Part shown: piece after piece, positions 21,801-29,959 of the stretch | Layout: each line of letters opens with the position of its first letter | How positions within the stretch are numbered: the first letter of the stretch is position 1 | Program-made: the position numbers and the translations under genes | Notes under the pieces: generated by a model | Told to the model about the DNA's origin: nothing | Databases searched by the model: none | The model's input: the letters and a program-made list of their open reading frames with translations, nothing else | From: Opitutales bacterium | GTDB taxonomy: Bacteria; Verrucomicrobiota; Verrucomicrobiia; Opitutales; PNEW01 | Direction: 5' to 3' | Assembly: GCA_965197745.1 (NCBI GenBank) | Contig: CBDANS010000007.1 | Location: 736,001-800,000, forward strand | Length of the DNA: 64,000 bases

Positions 21801-22174
21801 CAAGTGCCCCCGTAATTTCCGATACCGTCAACCCCCTCGATTACCACTGGTTCAGGTCCCACCCGTTCCGCGACGGGGGGCAGTTTTCTCTCTTTAACCA
21901 GATCCGCTAGAATCGGTGACTCATTTTTCGGGTACCATGCGGCGGACGGGCCCTCCGAGTAATCGACATCCCGCTGCACCGCGAATTGATCCTCTTCACT
22001 GAAAGTAAAATCCCAGAGCTTTTCCTGTTCCTGCAGCTTTTCCAGAGGGTAAACTATCGGCTCCACCTCCAGCTCCGGCTTAGTCACCCCCCCTCCGAAA
22101 TAATAAAGACAGAAAATGAAAAAGCCCGTTATGAATAAAAAAGTAAATTTTGGTAAAATCACTTTTTTATTCAT
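18890..22174 (-). CDS. Fused family-5 ABC substrate-binding protein + DppB/OppB-type permease, paralog 1
   Basis: LPPVAER, KWSDGHPFTA, FRQALSLAINR, then a permease with LDELKKPYVVTAIAKG and DLLLMWLDPRIR. Confidence 0.92.
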   Translation of the reverse strand: MNKKVILPKFTFLFITGFFIFCLYYFGGGVTKPELEVEPIVYPLEKLQEQEKLWDFTFSEEDQFAVQRDVDYSEGPSAAWYPKNESPILADLVKERKLPPVAERVGPEPVVIEGVDGIGNYGGTWNMVTNSPQTLTAIDSWMSGSCLVRWSPMGYPIVPHIAKRWDVTPDKKEWTFYIRKGMKWSDGHPFTAGDILYWWEHEVKDEIIGFPAFMKVGGKKGEIIMVDSHTVKFIFPVSHSLLLERLAPTVEFFSPRHYLESYHPILGNSDLIEAMMRVNKITKRDALYITLKLVNNPEHPRIWPWIYRTYKANPPQAYVRNPYYWAVDTRGNQLPYVDRFMMDVKTERLVPIAAANGAITMQGFNIYYFHYTLFMSQRDAGNYDVYHWYASGCSDWTLYPNLNRYVDPNDPKTRNKWELLNDKRFRQALSLAINRQQIIDAVYHGYGEPSQNSPGIESPFYNEKFKKSYIEYNPERANQLFDEIGLTGRDSEGFRTFKDGTRMAWYLNMVPNFSEGPSSFVAEDWKKVGLNTIERVRSMNLLNAERPARKLDFHIWGVEGEYHPLVSIDRFSPGSIEASGYALWYQNGGLYGDPESKKPGRIEPPIGHPLRRSMELLDAAYSALTFEEQVKIYNKIQNIAAENLWNINIATSPPSVLIVKKDFRNVPRKAIYASLYKSPSSSGFETFFFENPKDSPGAIAQIKREVVDIAPSPYSTDRLHADLSSGEILSRLIRLLCYGCIVVGLVLVGVKHPYVGRRFLIMVPTLLVISVIAFTIIQLPPGNFVDLKILQAELTNDQTAITEAEQLRELFPLDESIIYQYIHWLGLPWFLSFDPADQGLLQGHMGFSMQNRKPVNEVVGDRILLTFLISLGSVLFTWAVALPIGIYSAVRQYSIGDYFFTLLGFIGMCVPSFLLALLLMYWSSVYFGISMTGLFSPEYATQPEWTRGKVVDLMQHIWMPVVVLGVTGTASMIRVMRGNLLDELKKPYVVTAIAKGVRPFKLLLKYPVRIALNPFISGIGILFPQLVSGGAIVAMVLSLPTVGPMMLEALMTEDMYLAGSMLMVLSMLGVFGTLVSDLLLMWLDPRIRFEGGQR

Positions 22175-22181
22175 GACGGGC

Positions 22182-22528
22182 GTCGAAAAGCGAAGCGAAC
22201 TCCGCCGTTTTAGGTGTTAAGTGTTAGGTTTAAGGCTATTCAGTCGTATCTTTAAAAGTTAATCATAATAAGCCAGTTCACCAAATTATACCATATATGT
22301 TTTATTGAATTTCCTTACCTAAAACCTAACACCTAAAACTTAACACAGAAAATCCTTGGATTTTCTCCCCCTTCCCTGTCTTCCTGTAAAAATTAATTTA
22401 TCTTTTATGTGTTTCTTGCCTGCCGGCCATAGTCCCGCAACTGCGGGACGGCGACCGGTGACTTTGGAAAATCTCACTTGGCTCGGTAGTGGCTATCCTC
22501 TTCTTCTTAGACCTTCGACTTTCGACTC
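22182..22528. repeat. Compound repeat: heptamer-arm element (22208-22365) plus a 9-mer arm with two mini-inserts and a CTTCGAC arm
   Basis: TTTTAGG TGTTAAG TGTTAGG / CCTAAAA CCTAACA CCTAAAA CTTAACA CAGAAAATCCTTGGATTTT. Confidence 0.8.
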
Positions 22529-22533
22529 GCGGT

Positions 22534-25500
22534 TCACCGAACGCCCCCTTCAAAACGTATCCTTGGATCGAGCCACATGAGAAGAAGATCACTGACCAGG
22601 GTGCCAAACACTCCAAGCATACTGAGGACCATCAGCATGGAACCCGCTAAATACATATCTTCGGTCATCAGGGCTTCCAGCATCATCGGGCCTACGGTGG
22701 GCAGGCTTAAGACCATCGCCACGATCGCTCCACCCGATACGAGCTGCGGGAATAACATGCCTATTCCCGAGATAAAGGGGTTGAGCGCGATACGCACAGG
22801 GTACTTTAAAAGTAGTTTAAACGGCCTTACGCCTTTGGCTATCGCCGTGACGACATAAGGCTTCTTCAATTCATCGAGTAAATTGCCGCGCATCACCCGG
22901 ATCATACTTGCCGTTCCCGTCACTCCCAGGACCACGACCGGCATCCAGATATGTTGCATCAGGTCAACCACCTTGCCCCGGGTCCATTCCGGTTGGGTCG
23001 CGTACTCGGGTGAAAATAATCCCGACATGGTGATACCGAAATAAACACTGCTCCAGTACATGAGTAATAACGCGAGGAGGAAGCTGGGCACACACATCCC
23101 GATAAAGCCGAGAAGGGTAAAAAAGTAATCACCGATCGAATACTGGCGCACCGCGGAATAAATACCGATGGGCAGAGCCACGGCCCAGGTAAACAGAACG
23201 GAGCCCAGTGAAATCAAAAAAGTCAGCAGGATGCGGTCGCCCACCACTTCATTTACGGGCTTTCGGTTTTGCATGGAAAAACCCATGTGCCCCTGGAGCA
23301 GTCCCTGATCTGCAGACTGAAATGAGAGAAACCAGGGCAGACCTAACCAGTGGGTGTACTGGGTGATGATCGGTTGATCGATGGGAAAGATTTCACGCAG
23401 TTGTTGGGCTTCTGTTATCGCCTTTTGATCGTTTGTTAATTCTGCCTGTAATATTTTCGAGTCTATGTAGTTTCCCGGGGGCAGTTGGATGATCGTAAAC
23501 GCGATAACGGAAATTACGAACAGGGTGGGCACCATAATGAGAAAACGCCTTCCAATATAAGGATGCTTCACGCCGACAAGAACTAATCCGACGACTGCTA
23601 TACCATAGCAGAAAAAGCGGATTAACCGGCCGAGGATTTCACCACTGTCACTTACGTGAAATATTCTTTCAGTCGAGTAGGGTGATGGCGCAATTTCCGT
23701 CACCTCTCGTTTGATTTGCGCGACGGCGCCGGGGGAATCCTTTGGGTTTTCAAAGTAGAAAGTTTCAAATCCACTGCTGGAAGGACTCTTATAAAGAGAA
23801 CCGTAGATGGCTTTGCGCGGAACATTTCTAAAATTTTTCTTAACAATCAGTACACTTGGTGGAGGGGTTGAAATATTGATATTCCATAGGTTTTCCGCCG
23901 CGATATCCTGAATTTCACTGTAAATCCTTACCTGTTCCTCGAAAGTAAGCGCGCTATAAGCGTCATCGAGCAATTCCATGGATCGCCTCAGGGGGTGATC
24001 GGGTGAGGGTTCCGTGCGACCGGGTTTTTTCGACTCCGGGTCGCCGTATAGACCGCCATCTTGGTACCAGAGAAAATAACCTGCAGCCTCAATGTGTCCC
24101 GGTGAAAAACGGTTTAATGAAACTAATGGGTGATACTCACCTGCAACTCCCCAGATATTGAAATCCAATTTGCGGGCCGGCTGTTCCGCGATGTGAAGGT
24201 TATAGGACCGCACCTTTTCAATCGAATTGATGCCGACCTTTTTCCAGTCATTTGCGACAAAAGAGGAGGGGCCTTCGCTGAAATTTGGAATCATACTTAA
24301 ATACCATGTCATGCGTGTGCCGTCTTTAAAGGTACGGAAACCCTCGGAGTCACGTCCGGTGAGCCCGATTTCGTCAAGCATTTGGTTGGCGCGTTCGGGA
24401 TCATATTCGATATAGCTGTTTTTAAGCTTCTCATGGTAAAAGGGAGATTCCCTTCCCGGTGAATTCTGTGCAGGTTCTCCATATCCGTGGTAAACCGCAT
24501 CAATAATCTGCTGGCGATTGATGGCAAGGGAGAGGGCTTGCCGAAATCGTTTATTGTTAAGCAATTCCCATTTCTTACGGGTACTTGGATCATTGGGATC
24601 TATATAGCGATCGAGATTGGGATATATTGCCCAATCGGAAGAGCCAGATTTATACCAGTGGTAGACATCGTAATTTCCAATATCACGATGTGACATAAAC
24701 AAAGTGTAATGAAAATAGTAGATATTAAAGCCCTGCATCGTTATCGAGCCATTCGATGCAGCGATAGGTACCAACTTTTCTGTTTTCACATCGACCGTAA
24801 AACGGTCGACATAGGGTAACTGGTTTCCCAGGGAGTCAACGGCCCAGTAATAGGGATTGCGCACGTAGTTCTGAGGGGGATTGGGTCTGTAGGAGCGGTA
24901 TATCCAGGGCCAGATGCGTGGATGTTCCGGGTTGTTGCTCAACTTTAAGGTAATGTATAGAGCGTCTCTCTGGGTGATTTTATTTACCCGCATCATCCCC
25001 TCGATGAGGTCACTGTCCCCTAGGGTGGGGTGATAGGGCTCCAGGTAGTGGCGGGGTGAAAAAAATTCAATGGTCGGAGCTATGCGTTCCAGCAATAACG
25101 AGTGAGAGTAGGGAAAAATTAATTTCACGGTGTGAGAATCTATTTTAATGATGTCACCCTTCTTACCTTTTAATTTCATCCATGCCGGGAATCCAATAAT
25201 CTCGTCTTTCACCTCGTGCTCCCACCAGTAGAGAATATCATCCGCGGTGAAGGGATGGCCATCGGACCATTTCATGCCCTTGCGCAGGTAAAACGTCCAC
25301 TCTCTCTTGTCAGGAGTAGCTTCCCAGCTTTTGGCTACATGAGGGACAATGGGATACCCCATCGGTGACCAGCGAACCATGCAGGACCCGGCCATCCAGG
25401 CTTCAATATGATCCAGCGTAGCGGGGCTGTTCGTTACAATATTCCAGGTCCCCCCGTAATTGCCGATGCCATCGACCCCCTCGATGACCACCGGTTCGGG

Positions 25501-25818
25501 ACCCACCCTTTCTGCTACGGGCGGGAGCTTTCCTTCCTCGACAAGCTCCGCTAGAATCGGGGATTCCCTCTTAGGATACCATGCTCCAGACACTCCCTCC
25601 GAGTAATCGACATCCCGTTGAACCGCGAACTGGTCCTCTTCGCTGAATTTATAATCCCAGAGCGCTTCATGTTCCCGCATTTTTTCCGGGGGGTAAACAA
25701 TCGGTTCCACTTCCAGTTCCGGCTTAGTCACACCTCCTCCGAAATAATAAAGACAGAAAATGAAAAAGCCCGTTATGAATAAAATAAGAAATTTTTGGAA
25801 AATTACTTTTTTATTCAT
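22534..25818 (-). CDS. Fused family-5 ABC substrate-binding protein + permease, paralog 2
   Basis: Same length (1094 aa) and colinear with 18890..22174. Confidence 0.92.
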   Translation of the reverse strand: MNKKVIFQKFLILFITGFFIFCLYYFGGGVTKPELEVEPIVYPPEKMREHEALWDYKFSEEDQFAVQRDVDYSEGVSGAWYPKRESPILAELVEEGKLPPVAERVGPEPVVIEGVDGIGNYGGTWNIVTNSPATLDHIEAWMAGSCMVRWSPMGYPIVPHVAKSWEATPDKREWTFYLRKGMKWSDGHPFTADDILYWWEHEVKDEIIGFPAWMKLKGKKGDIIKIDSHTVKLIFPYSHSLLLERIAPTIEFFSPRHYLEPYHPTLGDSDLIEGMMRVNKITQRDALYITLKLSNNPEHPRIWPWIYRSYRPNPPQNYVRNPYYWAVDSLGNQLPYVDRFTVDVKTEKLVPIAASNGSITMQGFNIYYFHYTLFMSHRDIGNYDVYHWYKSGSSDWAIYPNLDRYIDPNDPSTRKKWELLNNKRFRQALSLAINRQQIIDAVYHGYGEPAQNSPGRESPFYHEKLKNSYIEYDPERANQMLDEIGLTGRDSEGFRTFKDGTRMTWYLSMIPNFSEGPSSFVANDWKKVGINSIEKVRSYNLHIAEQPARKLDFNIWGVAGEYHPLVSLNRFSPGHIEAAGYFLWYQDGGLYGDPESKKPGRTEPSPDHPLRRSMELLDDAYSALTFEEQVRIYSEIQDIAAENLWNINISTPPPSVLIVKKNFRNVPRKAIYGSLYKSPSSSGFETFYFENPKDSPGAVAQIKREVTEIAPSPYSTERIFHVSDSGEILGRLIRFFCYGIAVVGLVLVGVKHPYIGRRFLIMVPTLFVISVIAFTIIQLPPGNYIDSKILQAELTNDQKAITEAQQLREIFPIDQPIITQYTHWLGLPWFLSFQSADQGLLQGHMGFSMQNRKPVNEVVGDRILLTFLISLGSVLFTWAVALPIGIYSAVRQYSIGDYFFTLLGFIGMCVPSFLLALLLMYWSSVYFGITMSGLFSPEYATQPEWTRGKVVDLMQHIWMPVVVLGVTGTASMIRVMRGNLLDELKKPYVVTAIAKGVRPFKLLLKYPVRIALNPFISGIGMLFPQLVSGGAIVAMVLSLPTVGPMMLEALMTEDMYLAGSMLMVLSMLGVFGTLVSDLLLMWLDPRIRFEGGVR

Positions 25819-25937
25819 AATGGGTTTTTAAGCTAAAATCCTGGGTAAATGAGTAACAATGAATTATAGCCACAAAATACACAAAAAAGAGAGAAAGATT
25901 TTACAGGAAGGCCGGGAAGAACGGGAAGTATAATAAG

Positions 25938-26089
25938 TTGGAGCGTTATATATGCCTACTACAGAACCGCTGCTACGGATCGGCTGATCACTGATAACGC
26001 GTATTAAAAATAAATTTTTAAACACGTTATTGGTAATAGCCATAGCTCAGATACACCCTGAGTAATAGTACGTATACATAACGCCCCAA
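25938..26089. other. Candidate structured element (multi-branch fold) nested in 9-mer repeat arms
   Basis: Outer stem TTGGAGCGTTAT.../...ATAACGCCCCAA, a long AT-tipped inner hairpin and a CTCAG..CTGAG hairpin. Confidence 0.6.
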
Positions 26090-26328
26090 AAGATCTTATA
26101 CTATATAAAAAAATCCGTGTAAATCCGTGGTTAAATATATTGTGAATTTGAAAAATAACCTCTGAATCTCTATTTGTGTGCTTTATGTGGCTATCCTCTT
26201 CTCCTTAGACTTTCGACATTAGACCTTCGACTCCCCAATTCAGATTAACTTAATATTGCATTCATGCGAATTAATACTTATTTAAATGATTTTAATTCTA
26301 AATATAATTAAAGCAAAGAAGGAGAACT

Positions 26329-26526
26329 ATGAAGGGATGTCTTGAAAAATTAGGTAAAATAGGGGGTTATGTTGGAGCAATCATTTGTATAGCAGCAGTC
26401 ATTGGACGTTTTTATGGCCATCCAACATTTTTGACTTTCAATGCCACACACGTATTTATCGGTGGCGTCGGAATTATCGCATTTGCCTGCTGGGCAAAAC
26501 TCGAAGCCGGTTCAGCAAAAGAATAG
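26329..26526 (+). CDS. Small two-TM hypothetical membrane protein
   Basis: AAGGAG RBS before ATG; two hydrophobic segments. Confidence 0.75.
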   Translation: MKGCLEKLGKIGGYVGAIICIAAVIGRFYGHPTFLTFNATHVFIGGVGIIAFACWAKLEAGSAKE

Positions 26527-26530
26527 AAAG

Positions 26531-26826
26531 AAAATCATTAGATTTTCTGTGTTAAGTTTTAGGTGTTAGCTGCCGTCGTATAAACTAGGGCGTACCAGGG
26601 ATTTTAAGTAGAGTTTGAATCAATCTCTCTCTTTCTATTTATAGCTTTGTCACCTAAACACGTGGCAAGCCATCTTTTCGGCGACGATTGGTGCCTTTGA
26701 AAGATCACGCTTCGCTCTGGTAGTAGCCTACCTCTTCTTTTTCTCCCCGCTTGCCACGCCATAGCCCTTAGCGACGGCAGGGCCTTCGACTCTTAACTTA
26801 AAACCTAACACCTAAAACTTAACACA
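26531..26826. repeat. Empty heptamer-arm element containing mini-inserts
   Basis: Left AAAATCATTAGATTTTCTGTGTTAAGTTTTAGGTGTTAG; right CTAACACCTAAAACTTAACACA (reverse complement). Confidence 0.85.
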
Positions 26827-26840
26827 TCCCTATTTAGACG

Positions 26841-28729
26841 CTAGTCTAAATAGGGATCGTACTCCGGCACAAACTTCCTTATACACTCCTTGATCTCGTT
26901 TCCGGGAAGATCAAGCATGCCGTTATTTTTTAATTCATTAAAAAATTCCTCTACCCCATTGCGGTTGTTCGATACATTGGCAAAGCGAAAAATGCGTGGG
27001 TGTTCGGTCTCTTCGTGCATCTCCTCTATGTGTTGATATTCTTCGAAAAGTTTTTCCCCGGGGCGAAGTCCGATATATTTGAGATCGATATCGATGCCCG
27101 GGCGGAATCCACTTAACTCGATCATTTGTTTAGCCAGGTCGACGATTTTTATCGTCTCTCCCATGTCCAAGACAAAAATTTCTCCTCCTTTTCCCTGGGT
27201 TGCAGCCTGTAGGATAAGACCCACCGATTCCGGTACCGTCATAAAATAACGTGTCACGTCGGGATGCGTTATGGTGACAGGTCCTCCTTCATCAATCTGT
27301 TTCTTAAAAATAGGAACTACGCTGTTAGACGATCCAAGGACGTTTCCGAATCGCACTGCCATGAAATGGGTCTTATTCTCCAGCTTATTTTGTTTGGTCT
27401 GGATATATATTTCCGCCATGCGTTTGCTTACTCCCATGACACTTGTTGGATTAATCGCTTTGTCCGTCGAAATTAAAATAAAGTGCTCTACAGAATACTT
27501 ACTGGCAAGATCAGCCAGCAACTCAGTTCCCAGGGTATTATTCTTAATAGCTTCACCCGGTTGCCGCTCCATCATGTGAACATGCTTATGCGCAGCGGCG
27601 TGAAAAACAATCTGCGGTTGGAAACGCTGAAACAAACTGTCCATCCGTTTTTTATCAAGAATATCAGCGACCAGGGGAAGAACGACCGAACCGTAACCTT
27701 CATCTTTCAACTGTTCTTCAATTTGAAAAAGGGTTCCTTCAGTTTTCTCTACCATGAGGAGGCGACGGGGGTTATTGAATACTACCTGTCGACATAATTC
27801 ACTGCCGATGCTACCTCCCGCTCCTGTGACCATGACTACTTTGTCCTGGATCATGTGTTGAATATTTTCGGAGTCCAGTTTGACCGGTTCCCGACCGAGC
27901 AGGTCCTCTACTTCCACCGGTCTCAATCGATTAGTGCGAACGGTCCCTGTCGTTAATTGCGCTAATGAAGGAACGATTTCTGCCTTTAGATTAGCTTGCT
28001 GTGCAGCTATGATAACTTCCTTGACTCGCCATGCTGGAGCTGAAGGCATGGCAATAATAATTTTTTCGATCCCATATTTTCTTTTTATCGCATTGAGCCT
28101 GTCGATTCCATTAATGACTTTAATTCCATGCAGATTCAGATTCCACTTTGTTTCATCGTCATCTAAAAAAACAACAGGGCGCATCCCAAGACCCCGTTTT
28201 GATAATAAGTCACTGGCGATGGTTTCACCGACATCTCCGGCTCCAACGATGGCAACATTTTCAATTTCATGGGGAGTAGCAGATCCTCCTGAAAGGTAGC
28301 GTTCACGGATAACGCGCATGGAAAGCCGGAATCCACATACGAGGATAAATGAAAAAACAAAATCCGCGAGAATGACACTTCGGGGAGGTGAATAGCTGCC
28401 GCTACTGAAAAACCAGATACAAATGAGAATTGCGCTGGATACGGCGAGTGCGGAAAAATACGATACAGATTCGGTAATCTGAAATAGCTGAGCATCCCTC
28501 CATATTGACCGAAGGGCCAAAAAATTATCAGCTTTAATGGTACTATTATAAGCAAATTAGCAATGCGAGCTGTCTGATGGTGCAGGGGTACCTGGAAATC
28601 AAAACGCAGTTCATAGCCGATAAACAGGTTGACCGTAAATATTATCATGTAGGCAAAAAAAAAGATGAGTGCCTTGAATGGCACTAATACCTTTAAAAAA
28701 GAAAATATCGCTGAACTCCTATTAGGCAT
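26841..28729 (-). pseudogene. CapD/PglF-type nucleotide-sugar dehydratase, split by a 1-nt frameshift at ~28454-28458
   Basis: TM N-terminus in ORF 28163..28729; TGAGGSIGSEL, HAAAHKHV, STDKA and RPGEKL in ORF 26841..28520. One extra T joins them. Confidence 0.85.
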
Positions 28730-28776
28730 AGGGAAAATATCAACAGATATACTCTTATTTTACTGTAAGAGCGGAT

Positions 28777-29904
28777 CTAAAAACAAGAGCGAAAAACTTC
28801 AGAAACGCGCTTTAAATCGTCTTGTGTGAGCGATGAACCCGAAGGTAAACACAAACCTGAATTAAAAAGCTCTTCTGCTACCTCTCCACCATATACTTGA
28901 GCATCTTTATATAAGGGTTGAAGGTGCATGGGTTTCCATACCGGACGGCACTCAATGCCTTTACTCTCCATTGTCTGGCAGATCGCTTCACAATTAGTTA
29001 CCGCATCTTTTGATTTTACCGTCAGACAAGTTAACCATCGTGTCGAACGCCCGTAAGGAACATCCGGCATAAACGCTACTCCCGGTAAATCATTGAGAGT
29101 ATTATAATAGTATTCGAAATTAGCGCGACGCGATTTCACTCGCTCATCAAGAACCTTGAGCTGTCCCCTCCCGATTGCAGCCAGAAGATTACTCATGCGA
29201 TAGTTATAACCGAGTTGGGAGTGTTCGTAATGGAGAGCTGAATCTTTAGCCTGATTTGCAAGAAATCGCGCTTTATCAACAATATCAGAATCATTAGAGA
29301 CCAGCATGCCACCGCTGCTCGTTGTAATTATTTTATTTCCATTAAAAGAATATACTCCCGCCCATCCAAGAGTTCCTGTGAACTTTCCGTTATATGATGA
29401 GCCCAATGCCTCCGCGGCATCCTCAATGACTTTTATCTCATAGCGATTGCATACATCAATGATGGGATCAAAGTCGGCACTCTGTCCATAGAGATGGACT
29501 ACGATCACGGCTTTGGGCAATCGGTTTTGTGTTGCTCGCTCTTCGAGAGCCGTCGCCAGTAATTCAGGATCCATGTTCCAGGATTGCCGATCGCTATCGA
29601 TAAAGACTGGCTTAGCTCCCTGGTAGAGAATGGGATTAACCGAAGCCACAAACGTCAGTGTGGAACAAAACACCTCGTCCCCGGGTGACACGCCAGCCAT
29701 TATAAGCGCAAGATGCAGTGCGGCTGTACCTGAACTTAGTGCAACAGCATGTGATGCACCTGTAGTAGTGCAAAATTCTTTTTCAAACGCATCCACATGT
29801 GGGCCTACCGGCGCAATCCAATTGGATTCGAAAGCGTCTAATAGCAAGTCCTTTTCTTTATCACCTATATCTGGCGGTGAAAGATAAATTTTTAATTTTT
29901 TCAG
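28777..29904 (-). CDS. DegT/DnrJ/EryC1/StrS sugar aminotransferase
   Basis: SSGTAALH, EDAAEALG, SFNGNKIITT. In-frame IYLSPP lies upstream of the track start; CTG at 29904 is proposed as start. Confidence 0.9.
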   Translation of the reverse strand: MKKLKIYLSPPDIGDKEKDLLLDAFESNWIAPVGPHVDAFEKEFCTTTGASHAVALSSGTAALHLALIMAGVSPGDEVFCSTLTFVASVNPILYQGAKPVFIDSDRQSWNMDPELLATALEERATQNRLPKAVIVVHLYGQSADFDPIIDVCNRYEIKVIEDAAEALGSSYNGKFTGTLGWAGVYSFNGNKIITTSSGGMLVSNDSDIVDKARFLANQAKDSALHYEHSQLGYNYRMSNLLAAIGRGQLKVLDERVKSRRANFEYYYNTLNDLPGVAFMPDVPYGRSTRWLTCLTVKSKDAVTNCEAICQTMESKGIECRPVWKPMHLQPLYKDAQVYGGEVAEELFNSGLCLPSGSSLTQDDLKRVSEVFRSCF

Positions 29905-29959
29905 ATTTAGAAAAGTGTTGTATTGATTTATTGCAAGGTCAGTACAGAGTCTTTAAAAT

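Noticed and set aside
18890..25818. Assembly duplication artefact
   Set aside because: Copies differ throughout, including many synonymous sites, and have different flanks. Merged strain haplotypes are not fully excluded.
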